DNA from: Bugula neritina | Taxonomy: Eukaryota; Animalia; Bryozoa | Direction of reading: 5' to 3' | Length of the DNA: 64,000 nt | Assembly (NCBI GenBank): GCA_964035545.1 | Contig: OZ037766.1 | Location: 23,924,126 to 23,988,125, forward strand | Shown: positions 26,801-59,536 of the stretch, one piece after another | Numbering within the stretch: position 1 is the stretch's first letter | How the letters are laid out: each line of letters starts with the position of its first letter | Notes under the pieces: generated by a model | What the model was told of the DNA's origin: nothing | The model's input: only the letters and a program-made list of their open reading frames with translations | Databases searched by the model: none | Made by a program: the position numbers and the translations under genes

Positions 26801-29614
26801 CATGTACTTTACTTGGTGGTCAAAACATAGACTGGGAACAGTTAAATGACTAGTGACCGTGTGCATTGAGTCATCATATTACATCCCGCAATGCATTTCA
26901 GCCATATTTAGTGACATCACATTACAATATTTGAAAGACAATTACTTTACTTGCATGTAAAGACTGCTGAATAATTTCACACTTGTGTGAATTGTGTTTA
27001 CTATAAAAACTTACTATAAAATCTATGTTTATATATTTGTAAATTTTGTGTTATTTACTAAAAGACTTTGTATGTACTCTACTACCATATACATATATAT
27101 GTACTGCAGATTGTGCATTGATACATTCCTGCATACTGTATATATCTCTATTTTTAGCATTACATATGAACTGGATTATCAGCTTATACAGGTCGTTGGG
27201 GGTGGGCTATGAACGTCTCGGTAATTCGCGTAAATCTATAGAAAATTATGAGTTTGCTAAGACTATTCTGGTAGACAGCGCAGGAGACCTTGATGAGTTG
27301 AGAGCTGTTTGCAATAACATGGGCAATTCTTACGAGTCTATTGGAGTGAGTAGTTGTGATGACACTATAAATATTGATACTGGTAATGATACTAGTCGTG
27401 GTGGCAATGGCAATGGTTTTGGCGGGCCGCAGCACCAGCAATAGTGGTAATAATAGTAAGGGTCGCAGCAGTAGTGGTTACAATGACCTTAGTTTGCACT
27501 GCTGCTGCTGTAATAATCAAATTGTTACATTCTGTAGTAGTTGTGGCAGCAAGGTCTGTGCTATATGTTTTTATTTTTGGAGTTCGATGATTTGACATAA
27601 GTCATGTAATAGTGCAATTAATTGATATGAAGCATCAAATTTCAATTGCTGTTAATGATGAAATATTGCTGTGGGCTCTCCCTTTATTTATTTTACCTTT
27701 CTGTTGTGTCAGTTCTATAGCTTGCCAATGACCTCCCTATTTATTTTATACAGGATTTCGAAAAGGCAAAAGAAAATATTGAAATGGCCTTGAATCTGTC
27801 ACTAGTGTTAGCAGAAGAACGACCTCATGACATTGACCTTCAGGTACTTTTTAAGATTTTGTCATGTTAATGTACAATCTATTGATAATATGCTATTCGC
27901 ACTTCTTTATTTCACTATAGAAGTTGTCATTATTTTTGTCATATAAATTTAACATTTTACTCTGACAATTTGCAGAAGTTTTAGTGTAAGAACGTATGAC
28001 CATAATATAAAGTTACTTCTAACACACAATTGTGTTTACCTATGTTTTTGTTATTATCCACTCAGTCTTCTGTATTACCAACTTCGTTGCATTATAAGCT
28101 GGTAATATACTCATAAATATAATGGCTCTCTGTATAATTTATTTACTCATGTTATTAATATATAGTTGTTTGTGAAACGTTAGCTCTCACCATCTGAGCA
28201 TATGTTGACAGAAGTCTTGGTCTCATCTCAGCTGCCACCAAGTGTTGATAATATTCAAATTTGAAAATCATTTTAATATAATGTTGTATGCTTGTTGAAT
28301 GATCATATTATTATTTAAAACTGTTGTATATTACATTGTTGCATCATTATATTGTACTTTTATATTGTTGTATCATTATAATATTATTATACTTTTACAT
28401 TGTTGTATGATGCATTGTTGAATTGTTAGTCTAGATTGTCAGTCTCTCTGTATATATTTAGAATCACATTGCCGCTGGCCACAATAACCTTGGCGTTCTC
28501 TATCAAACTTGGGGTAAACTGGACTTAGCCTTAGAGCATCTCTATCAAAGTAAAGATCTTCGTGAGAAGGTAACTTCAAATTAGCTTCTATACCATCTGC
28601 TTCAATTTCCTTTACTAACTATACATCTTAGTTGAACTGTTTCAATGTTTTACGATGGTGAATTCTGATTTGTGGTTTAAGCATTTTAACAAATGAACAA
28701 TATTGTTGAGTTGTATGAGCAATTGTTTTCAAATCTTTTTAATTTTGAAAATTAAAGAATACAACATTTTCGTGTTTAGACATTCTGGAATTGATGGTTG
28801 TATATCTTTTGTTATAAATTTTAACGCAATAGTTGGTAGATAGCATTGAATATGCCTGATAAATCTGCCTAGCAATCACATTTTATATAGAATATAGTGT
28901 AATAATGTTTTTATATTGATTTAATTGTAAATGTTTATATTTCAAGTTGTATTGCGTCATTCATCTTTAGTTTTTCTGACGCGGTTTTTTAGATACTGTT
29001 TCTTTTTACTTCAAAAGCTGCTGAGACATCTGTAGTAGTTAAAAATAATGTTTATATTATTTTAAATTGTTCATTCTGACTACCATGAATTTTAAAAATT
29101 TCTATTTTTTATGTTATTTAATTTAATTTGATTTGAAATAAAAATCTTAACCTGTATTCCTCTAGATAAAGGATGATAACATGGAAGCCTACCACGACGT
29201 TGCGTCTAGTTATCACAATATTGGCAATACATTGATCAAGAAAGGCGACTACCAAGGAGCATTGGGTACGGGGAAACACCTTAATTCAGTATTACTATTT
29301 TTTTGCACGTATTAACCTTTTTTATAAGTCAAGCACAGAGATACTGCGTTACAGTATACATTTTTATGCCAGAAGTTTCATTCTTTGATATTGAAGTGTT
29401 TTAATTTAGAGATATGTCCTTGACATTTCACTGACAGACGTTCATTGATCTCTTTGTAGACAACTACAAGAAAGAGTTAAGGATACGAACAAACCTTGGT
29501 GAGGATACAAGTGGCGTGAGAGTCGCCATGTCAAATGTCTGTGAGAAATTAGGAGACTTGAGGATGGCAGAGCAACTGGTCAATGATACGTATGCACTAG
29601 ATGAGGAAGTTTAA
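14807..29614 (+). CDS. Tetratricopeptide-repeat protein (long 42-aa-type TPRs as in KLC/nephrocystin-3/TTC28) with low-complexity N-terminus
   Basis: 25 phase-consistent exons: 14807-14827, 15699-15732, 16003-16063, 16544-16596, 17012-17221, 17927-18019, 18904-18941, 19160-19186, 19466-19558, 20188-20493, 20700-20907, 21531-21637, 22475-22535, 23148-23375, 23661-23801, 24299-24469, 25298-25400, 25504-25640, 26073-26201, 26584-26770, 27158-27345, 27754-27843, 28462-28569, 29166-29265, 29460-29614 (TAA). Repeated HNN[VL]GNxYxxxGxxxxA motifs. Start codon and the first small exons are less certain. Confidence 0.85.
14984..15401. mobile_element. Long palindromic MITE/foldback element
   Basis: Arms of roughly 170-180 bp are reverse complements (tagtacacactga..ctccagtttttagcta..gctgctaatgaacatggg vs cccatgttcattagcagc..tagctaaaaactggag..tcagtgtgtacta). 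A diverged single arm lies at about 22945-23075. Confidence 0.75.
18433..18508. repeat. 26-bp tandem repeat x3
   Basis: attctccctattgtcttggtagattt-like units. Confidence 0.7.
21255..21500. repeat. Minisatellite, ~17-20-bp unit (tgttgctaggtaca core)
   Basis: About a dozen degenerate copies of ttgctaggtac. Confidence 0.85.
24080..24285 (+). mobile_element. tRNA-derived SINE, copy 3
   Basis: Reverse complement of copies 1/2: tggtttaggggttagag...ggtgatgttaggaagagcatccagccataattgctcctgtg...cagggatggcgactgtaaacttg. Confidence 0.8.
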
Positions 29615-30772
29615 GTTCGGAGTTACACTACCAATGTTATACTTGTACATACAAATGGTTGCTCACCATAAGAAGACTTTCCAAACCAATTTAAATCTGT
29701 AATATTTATATTTTGCTGAAATGTTGTTGAAACCCTGTATAAGACTGTAATTTGGTTTTGCTTATACCAACCAGTGTTTAGATGCATTGCAGGACATTAC
29801 CTGTTTCACTTATTGCCATATTGCTGTGTTTCATTCCCCCAGACCTAATTGGTGTTGCAGATTACAATTATGTTTTATAATTAATATTACAAGACCCATT
29901 CCGCATTGACTTGAAAATTCTGATTGTTACCAACTTTTACTGACCAGATGAGATTTGCCTCAATAGCCTGCGATTATATAGATATATGTGTGAGACGTTT
30001 ACGCAGGCTTTGGGTAACTTGTAGAGCTCAGAAGATAAGAAATAATATGCTATGGTTATATTTTCTATATCTTGTGTCTATAGCTTTATGCAGATATCAA
30101 TGATGCTCAAAATTTATCCAAAGTAGAGTCTGTCAACTTTTCTTGCTGAAAAAAAACATCTAGCTTTCACCAATGTTGCAGCAAAATAATCAAACTGTTT
30201 TTCTACTCATATTTACATATTTTTATTATATTTTCATATCAAATATTTTTTGCGTCTGATGTAAAGTTCTCTTAATTTTAGTATTTTATTGAATTAGATA
30301 TAGACCAGTCGTGTGTTTTCTATATTAAATAATGGTGGAGTTCTAGAATCAATCCATCAGGTTTATGTGTGAACTGCGCATGAATTTCTACTTTAGCTTT
30401 TGTTTTGCTGGTAGTTTCTATTATATGTTTTAAATGAAAGGGTGCCACTTAATGTACTGATTTAATCATTAGTTTTTAAATTTCTATTGTTAATTAACAT
30501 AGCACTGGTTTTAACCTAAAATTTATCTTTTCATGCAATAAAAATGTTAGCAAAATTAAGTGTCCTAAAATATTGGTTGCTTATATATATTCACTGGACA
30601 GAGTTTAAACATTGGACAAGTTAAAAAGGCGAGCAGTAATGGCTGTTACCTGTTCTCTTAATTGTTTTCACGCTAGGATCTAAGTCTGGTTTTACTATTC
30701 AAGTCATTACTTCAGAATGGTAAAGTATGTAAATCAATCGGAAACTCACTGCAGCTACTATCTTCATTTATA

Positions 30773-31118
30773 AGCCTAGGGCCACACGGTGCGTATTTTC
30801 GCATGCGAAAATTGAAATCACAAGTAGCAAAGGTGTTCACTGTAGCGTCAGCGATGCGTGATAAATGAAGCTTTCATTTTTAAATCGCACTCGCTTTCAA
30901 TAAAACGCAATTCACTAGAATGTAGCACTAAAATAAAGAAATTGGGCTCGCTGAATAACTACCAGCCAATTAGGTGACGACGACAGAGACGATTCGCACT
31001 TGCGTTGAAAATGCTGAGCGACAAGTGCGAATGTTTTCTCAACGCGTACAGTGGACACCTTTGCTACTTGTGATTTCAATTTTCGCATGTGAAAATACGC
31101 ACCGTGTGGCCTTAGGCT
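30773..31118. mobile_element. MITE with ~70-bp terminal inverted repeats
   Basis: agcctagggccacacggtgcgtattttcgcatgcgaaaattgaaatcacaagtagcaaaggtg at the left end is the near-perfect reverse complement of the right end; no coding capacity inside. Confidence 0.8.
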
Positions 31119-31541
31119 ACCACTTTCATGTATGTTACCTTTATATACGCCGATTTCATCTTTATGTATGCCGATTTCATTTTTGGTAAATATTATACTT
31201 ATTGACTGAAGTTTAAATGAAGCATCAGGTTGTTGTTTTTTCATGCTGCTGAATTCTATTTAACCAAATATGAAGTAACATTACTTTCTATAAGAAAAAA
31301 TATAGTTTTAACAGCTCTTCAATATATAGCAATATAAATTCTAATTAAGAAGATGCACAAAAATTTATTAATTATGAATTAAAAAACATTTATAATTTTG
31401 GGATAACTAAAAATCAAAAATCAATATATAATCACATATTTGGTTTAAAAGCTTTATATTTCATTCGAAGGCTCTATGTCATGCAACAATATGTTTTCTA
31501 TTTATGATAAGATGTAAACAAAGTTTCAAATCTTAGCAACA

Positions 31542-51191
<19,650 letters not shown>

Positions 51192-51898
51192 ATTTTCTTA
51201 AGTCTTTTATGAGCTACTAAATAAGCTTTTAGCAGCCAAATGTTGACTACTAATGGAAGATTTTAGGTAATAATAGGTAACTAATAGTGAGAATTACAAC
51301 ATAAAATAGTTTGGGGGTAAAACATGCCAGCCTAGAATACAAAAGTCTGTTTAAGAAAAATTAGGCTGTATTAGATAAGGGTTATCTTGAGGCAAAGCGA
51401 CCAAATAGATAACCATTCAAAGCAAACTAATTATTACTAAACCAGTTTGCAAATGGCTACTTTTACTTGCTTATAGAAATAGACAATATTGTTATGCTAC
51501 ATGGAGTAACTATTTTTATATACTCAACACTGTTTTTGCAAAAAGAACCCATTTTAGTATGATTGAGTTTTGTTATCATGTTTACTGGGTGGTAAACCTG
51601 AATTATATGAAAATAAGGTGAACATTCAAATGGATCAAGTTTAGATAGATAAAGCTGCCTACAAGATAGGTATAATATAATATAATGATCTATAATGTAT
51701 AAATACTTCTCCTCATAAAATAGACATTCTATACAAGTAGCCTGTTGTAGATGTAGGTATTTGATTTCTATATACTACACACTGTTTTGAGTTATAAGTA
51801 GTATATAGCATAGAAGTTAACGTGCATTATAGGTACATTATAAAATGGTGTTTAGTGTACCACTAAAAAGAGCTCAATGCGTGACAGAGTAAAGTGAA

Positions 51899-52087
51899 TA
51901 AAAGTATTGTTCGATAAAATTTGATTTAAAACACTTTATTAATATTGGTTTCATGTGCATTATATATACACAATCATCAGTTGAAAATATATTAACATTT
52001 TATCTGATGATTGTGTATATATAATGCACATGAAACTAATAGTAATAAAGCGTTTTTTTAAATCAAATTTTATCGGAAAATACTTTT
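51899..52087. repeat. Hairpin inverted repeat (~80-bp arms, ~23-nt loop), probable MITE
   Basis: aaaagtatt..gataaaatttgattt..tttcatgtgcattatatatacacaatcatcag mirrored by ctgatgattgtgtatatataatgcacatgaaa..aaatcaaattttatc..aatactttt. Confidence 0.75.
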
Positions 52088-52088
52088 A

Positions 52089-52215
52089 ATATATATATAT
52101 ATATATATATATAAATATATATTTATATATATATATATATACAGGTATATACGTATATACATATATGCATGTGTGCGTATGCGTGTGTGTTTTTGTGTGC
52201 GCGTGTGTATATGCA
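52089..52215. repeat. (TA)n/(TG)n compound microsatellite
   Basis: Direct inspection. Confidence 0.85.
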
Positions 52216-52712
52216 TATCGTGTAGGAAATACATATTTATACATGCATGAAATACAAACCACACTACTGAGATAGGTTATTTGTGCACACATAATATGTA
52301 ATTATACCGACAAAGAAAGCTCACAACAAACTTTCCCACACCTCGAATATTCTCTGCTTTCTGTTGTGCCAGCATTGTTAATTAATATATTGCTGCTATT
52401 TTGCAGCCAAAAACATCAGTAAATATTTCCGATTATCAACTACTGATTGCAAGATGTCAGACATATAATATTGTTCAGTGAGATTGCATATATGGTAGGT
52501 TTGCAAGCTTTGCCAAAGTTTTATTTTTATTTAAAGCTGACTATATGATATTAAGTCTAATGCAAAATACATGTGATGTTTCCTAGCTAGGAGATATTGC
52601 ATATGAAGCAACATGCATAGAAAAAATGTTAGCGATGAATATATGAAAATTTGGTAGTTTTAATCAAATATTCTTTAAGTAATCATGGTAAATGAAAGTA
52701 CGTGTTTACATT

Positions 52713-55700
52713 TTACTGTTGACAGCTGTCACTGGCAGCATCATATGTCAAAGTCTCGTCAGCACAGGTGGAGATAAGCAGCAAGTGTATAGCTTCTCCT
52801 TGATCATTCTCTTCCGCATCAACAATTCTGTTAAAAATAATTTGCAGTATATTAAGGAAAGTTAAAATATTTTATAATAAAAAAACGATGTTTAGGACAT
52901 TTGATTGTTTTGTGCATAACAGAGAAATTAAACATGATTTGTGTAACAATTGTACTAAGTACATACATTAAATTAGTATTGTAATTACAATACTTTACTT
53001 ACATTGCATTAGTAGTAGCATTACACTGTACTTAGAATACGTTAGTATTAGTATTATATACACTGTACTTACATTACAACTTAGTATTAGTATTACGCTC
53101 TACTTACGGTTGGCTTAGGGTCTGAATCACAATCTCTGAATATGTTGTTTCGTGATCAACCAGCCTCTCTCTCAGAGTAACTCTCAAGTCATCAGGAACT
53201 TCCTTTGTGTCAACAGAGTACACATTGTCAGTTGGCCAATAGACTGTCAGCACATTTCTGTCACATTCATATGAAGGTGCCATCTCAGTAGACATGTGAC
53301 AGTCTTGAGTATGCAAAATAAATGTCTCAAATATTATGCTAACATTGTGATAATGCATATAAAAGCAAAAAAGCATATATTACAACATAGTACAGAAAAC
53401 ATTGGTGACCAGTTCTAACTATTAGAATAACTAAAAGAATAAATAATCAATTATCAATCAACATATTTTACTTCTTCTAGCCAATTATTTGAAATTAACA
53501 TAGTAAATTCTACATCAGTCGTGTTTTATACGATATATTAGTTTAAATAATTAGCATAACTAAAAGTTTCAGTGATGAATAATTAGCCAAATATATTTTT
53601 GACTTCTACTATAAGTAATTTCAGTGAGACACATTATTCAATTTACTCAAACACATTAAGTCTGACTGTGGGACATATCTAGTTGGTGGCATCAGTATTT
53701 ATATGTTGTATTGTTAGTATTAGCTAACCCTAAACCTTAATCAATGAATCAAGAGAATAGTATATTATTACCTATACGGAAAACGGGGTCAAGAAGAAAT
53801 GCAAAATACTAATAATACAAAACTATTTATTTTGTTTAATTTAGTTTACTTTCTATCCAAGAACACATACAAGTTCAAGCTGCATATAATATATCGAGCA
53901 TGTAAATGTGTTCTATCGCTATAATAATTTCAATAAAAAAATTTATAGTGCTATAAGGTAGCTATAAATTAAACGCATCTTCTTAGTTTTTCTTTCAAAG
54001 CAAACAAACAGACAGAAATTACAGCTAAAGCATAATTTATTAATGTTTTTGGTATTTTTCAATTTGAGTGTGTAATCTAAATTAACGTCATTGTTCTTGT
54101 ACTTGTTTGTTTTCTATTATATAGTACGATTTAAACAGTTTATATTGTTAAATAAATATTCAATTTGAACAATTTTTATTTACCGTTTGCACAAATTCTC
54201 TGGAAATGGTTTTTTTGACGAGACAAGGAGTTTCTAAGAGAATTCCTGTTGTAAGCATTTCTCAGAGCATTGCACGAGACATGATATTTTGCCATATATG
54301 TTAGCCTTCTTACAATTGGTGACTCTGCAAATAAACCATTTTTATACTAAAAATAAATACATATATGTGTGTGTGTGTGTTGTGTGTGCTGTGTGTGTTG
54401 TGTGCGTTGTGTGTGTGCGTTGTGTGTGTGCGTTGTGTGTGTGCGTTGTGTGTGTGCGTCGTGTGTGTGCGTTGTGTGCGGTGTGTGCGGAGTGTGCGGT
54501 GTGTGCGTGTGTGTCTGTGTAATGATGAAAGGTTTCAAACTAGTTAAGTGTTTTTTAATCATTTTTGAAAAAAGAACCTAATTATCAGATAACACCCAAT
54601 GCAAGTGATGACTTTATAGCTTACCTAAAACATTGACGTAATACTGGCATTCAACTGTGTAATGAGATTTAGTAAACTGATAGATTCCTTTTGGAACTGA
54701 TACTGTACTACTGCCCGGGAGTGTGACTTTAGCTGTATCATGGCCAGGAGTTAGGTATGTGGTAATGTTGGTGTATGGGCATAGAAAATGTAAATCTACA
54801 ATTATTAACAAGAATTAGCATGTCTTAGAAAGCACTAAGCACTAAGGTTTTATGTATGCTAATGTAATTGCTAATGAAATCAGGAAGAATATACATATAC
54901 TGCTGTGTGTTGAAAAAAGCTCAAACAAAACATTTTGGCTTGTTTTCCATTTTATCTGATGTGTTTACTTACCAGTCAGTCTGTACATGTCTCTGAGCAT
55001 CCCAATATATACTTCATTTCCAATTTTGGTTACAGACACAGGATGGTTTGGCAGCTGACTGCTAATGTTACAAGGGTTCTCACCATTAAAACAGACCGGG
55101 CCCACAACCTGCTCATTAAAGTCTACTAATCGCACCATTTTGCTGTTGTAATCAACGACCAGGTAGACACCTGATTCTAATTTTGCAAACTCTTCTGGGT
55201 GGCTAAACATTGCCTGAATAAAGCTGCCATCAACATGGTTGGAAGAGTGCGAACCAGTGATTATAGTGTTTGTAACAGACCCATCAATTGACCAGCTGAC
55301 TTGAGAGATATAGTTATTATTTGCTACTAACAAATGGCAGCCGTTCCATGCTAGACCTCTGGGGCCATCAAACCCAAAATTAGCAACAGTACCTAATTCT
55401 CCAGTAGCAATATCTACTGATCTTAGCGCATTGTTAAATACATCGGTAACAAGTAGCCTGCCATGACCTCTCATATCTATTTCAACACTATGAGGACAAT
55501 TGAATCTACCAACATTTGCCCTGCCTTCTCCATATCCTGTTTTTGTACAAATACCTGCTAGAGTTGAATAACTGTTTGTTTCCCTGTTCAAGATCTTGAT
55601 ACAATGGTGACCCCAAAATATTGTAGCAACTAAAGTGTCGTTTATTTGTTTGAAACTAGTTATGGCAGTACGTTCACCATCTATATTCCCCACAATTGTA

Positions 55701-57708
55701 GAGACGTTTCCGTCAGTAGTCCGTAGTTCATGTGTTGTGCTGAACAGAATTTGCCCATCATTATTATATAGATCTTTCTCTATATGGTAGATAGGGTGTG
55801 AAAACTCAAGAAAGTGGCCAGAATAATTGAATGAAACACTACAAGTATATTAGTTTAACAAAATATTATTATAACATTATTATATTGTATAAAAATCTTG
55901 TGCTAGTTAGACTAAGGCATTATTATTTGAAACCAATTAAAGATCTATTGTTCTCTGCTGAAGTGCAGTGGCTTGCACAATAACATAATATTCTGAACAG
56001 CTTTGCTAGTAGAGATAGATATTAAAAAATTCTGTCTTCTAGTCACAATTACAAAGAATTACTGCTATTTTATAAGTTTTAATTGAAAGGTATAGAGTGA
56101 CCCTTGCAAAATACTGCATGCAGCCGGAGTAGTGACTTAAAGTGTACCAACTAAGCTCTACTATAATGTGTGAAGTCAGCACTTTCAAAATGAAACATAA
56201 TAAAGTTAAACAGAATTATTAAAGTCTTTTCTTTTTTAAATTGTCAAACCTTTTACAATAAATTATGAAAATTTTATATTAGCAAAACACGAGAAACATA
56301 CATACGTAAAACGTTTTTCAAGGTTTTAATGCAGCAACGCAGGTCTTATTTACACTTATTGCATGTGTTGGCATTTTACCTTTTTTAGGCTAAAATAAGC
56401 AAGTAGAATGTAAGTTAATGCACCATCCTAGGTACTTACAGATATGGTGATACTTACCTTGGATTATAATTCACACTCTCTGCATATGTTTTCGGGCCAA
56501 ATATTAACACGAAAACCTAAAATTTAACCAAAAAATTGCTATATATTATTTAAAAAAGAAAATTTAACTCCACTAAGTTCCATTAGTAGATGAATCAATA
56601 GTGATGCATGATATACTGCATTGGACATTAAGCTATACTGATTTTTATTTATAATATTCATTGTACGTTTCAGGCTTGATTAATACTATTACTGTTATAA
56701 TGGATATCATAAAAAACTTTTCCATTGCCAGTGAAGAAATCATCTGAAAATGATTTTGTTTTTACAATAAAACCAGATAAAGCAAACTACAAATATTTAG
56801 TGGTCATGCTAAGTTACTTTCACCTAAAGCTGTTTTGCAATGTAAATAAATGCAAGTTTACAAAAATCACTAATCATATCATTTAGTCTCGAAAATTATG
56901 TCTATATAACATTATTTTTTACACTTTCCAGAGGAGCGTAACTGAATTTATTTGTATGCTTAGTCATAATACATCTGTAAAACAACTGGGTTAATAATTA
57001 CCATGCGAGTTGGTTTTTAGGAAAAAGTTCAGTTTTTCAGCAACTTAAATTGATTTAGCATGCAGGAAGCAGATATTGCAATTGTATATGTTAGTGTGTG
57101 TGTGTGTGTGTGTGCGCGTGTGAATTCGCAAAACTTAAAAAAAGAATGTAAAACACATATGCAGTGCATTAGAAATATGTCTATATAGCAGCAGTCTACC
57201 TTTAGTAACATATATTATGTAATAAATAAGTGTAAATAAACAGATGATGGGTAGTCTTAGCGTTTGACAAAGAAGCAGTTTCTAGAGTTTAAATAAAAAC
57301 ATATGCAAATGAGTATAAAATGAACTGAGCGGCCAATAATATGAAACCACATGTATAACTATATATAGATAGATAGTGTCTAATTTGTTTCTACGTTTCA
57401 AAATAACTTAATGAAATAAAAGTGAAAGTTGATGAATAATTTAGAAATGAAACCTTTATAGATAAATGGATTCAGCTTCTATCTAGATATACTTTGTAGC
57501 AACATATAAAAATATTCCACTGAATAAATTTAACATATATATCAAATTCTACTTGTTATACAACTTTTAAATACTGTAAAATATTTTACCAGTACTGTTT
57601 TCAATAAAACATCATATTGAAAAAAAAACACTTAGTTCTAGGTCTGTGTTCTAATACTGCAAAGATAACATGTTTGTCACTTACAGCAACCAACAGATGG
57701 TGCGTCAT
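52713..57708 (-). CDS. Secreted NHL-repeat beta-propeller protein with HYR-like domain and uncharacterised Cys-containing C-terminal module
   Basis: Exons 57708-57685, 56516-56458, 55838-54973, 54795-54625, 54324-54184, 53303-53108, 52827-52713 (TAA), phases consistent. Signal-like MTHHLLVAVFVLIFGPKTYA. NHL blades GEGRANVGRFNCPHSV, GFDGPRGL, DGSFIQAMFSHPEEF. Confidence 0.75.
54361..54520. repeat. Degenerate (GT)n / gcgttgtgtgtgt repeat
   Basis: Direct inspection. Confidence 0.85.
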
Positions 57709-58372
57709 TTTCTCTTCCAGGCTTATGATCCTCTTTCCTATATCTAGACTTTCTCGTAGGAGCGGTAACTAAATAACTAATATGATACACTCTGCAAAGA
57801 ATGAGTTTAAAATAGTCTAGTTTAATCAAAAGCAGTTGTATTACAGCAGGGAAGTGGGTGATAAAAGCAAAAATAACTGAAGCTTGACTTGCTCTATATT
57901 ATGCAAAGGTCAAAGGGATTTTGGAGGGAACCAAAACTAAAAACTCCACTAAATAGTCACATGAGTTTTGAAAATGTTTGCTCATAAAGATTAATTCTTA
58001 TAATAGGTCAAGCTGATGTCATGTTGCCTTCCGCTTTATATTAAAATATCTTAGATAAACAAATCAGTATACCAGGAAACAACATGAAAGTCTGCATGTA
58101 ACCTACTGTAAAAGCAGTACTTGTAGTGACAAAATATGATGTGGCACTGTAAGATATTCAAATACAATACACGTTTGTAATAACTAAAATTTTTTTAGTC
58201 TCTAGGAAAGAGAGCTTATTAAATACATTAGTTTTGAAGCTTCCAAATGACAGCAGTTTTGGCAAGAATGCTGCAAAATGACTACTAAGTTTACTGAGAG
58301 TTCATATGCTTGGGGTGTCAACTAGAGTTCATGCCTTATTAAATCTAACAGCTATAATTAGTAGATCTATCA

Positions 58373-58532
58373 CTGCGTTTCCATTATCGCATTATGCGAA
58401 TGGATTTTTTCATTCAGCTAATGGAAACAGTTACATCGGATGAAACCGCAACTATAAGGTAATGCAAACCACAAACCACAAATAATCCGTACGAAGCATT
58501 CATTCGCATTATGCGCAGTCATGGAAACGCAG
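58373..58532. mobile_element. Small MITE-like inverted repeat
   Basis: ctgcgtttccat..cgcattatgcgaatg at the left end and cattcgcattatgcg..atggaaacgcag at the right end. Confidence 0.6.
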
Positions 58533-59536
58533 CGTATGTGAATTATGTCTCCTTGTTATTGTCATAATCAACATCTATATATCACATTTGTATAGTTCTT
58601 GCTAACCAGTGTTATCATCATTAACATTCTTAGTAGTCTTACCAAATAAATCTACAATCTAGTGCATTACAAGTCAGCACCATCTTGTTGCATATCATTA
58701 CACTACATACCACCGCGAAAACCTCCAAAATGTCACCAAAAATCTCAAAATATATGACATGTATACAAGGAAAAAATATGCTAAATCTGTTGCCGAAAAT
58801 GCCAAAACTGTTGTCGAAAACATTGAAATGATTGCGTCTTGAAATAGTATATTCCATTCACATCTTCAGGGCATTACCACAGCCATAGTAGATGAATTAC
58901 AATAGTTAAAATTTGCAGTGCCTGCTAACAAGTCGACTTAAACTTATATAGAAACTTTAATGAAAAGATAATTTCTATAAAAGTATATGTGAATAATGGG
59001 CATGCATGTGTATTTCAACATAATTAACCAAAATCACGTCCTCATTCTATCACTCTTTGTATGTGATTATCAAGGTTTTATAATATGGTTTCTAGTTTAT
59101 TACCTTAGTATCTATAATATACTCATTATTACCAGTGCAACGCATCAAAGCATCAAAAGATAAGAATATAAATGAAGTGAAATTAAAACATGTTTATTGG
59201 TCAAACCTCAAAATTAGGAACCTCAGTGAGAAAAGACAAATCTCAAAAAGCTGCTAATGGCTGTTTCTAATTTTGAGTTCAACTTGTAAGACAACCTGAG
59301 GCATATTTTTACAAACTGAAGCATTTAGTCAGCGCCTAAAATGAATTATAATTGAAATATTATGTGTTAGTAATAACTTTAGATGAAAGATATCTATTTC
59401 TTTATAACAGATTAATTATAGTTTTATTCCCAGGTACATGTCTTGAAAGATGCAGCCAGCCGTCTTGACAATGCGGCAAGCTTGTAGTTTCGATCAAATA
59501 TTCTTTAAGTAAATTCAAGTATGTGTTGACATTTTG

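Noticed and set aside
27374-27598. ORFs with Cys/Ser/Asn runs after the TPR exon
   Set aside because: Degenerate trinucleotide intron sequence downstream of a strong GTGAGT donor at 27346.
30915-31244. ORFs overlapping the MITE (transposase?)
   Set aside because: Short, no DDE or DNA-binding motifs; they run through the inverted repeat.
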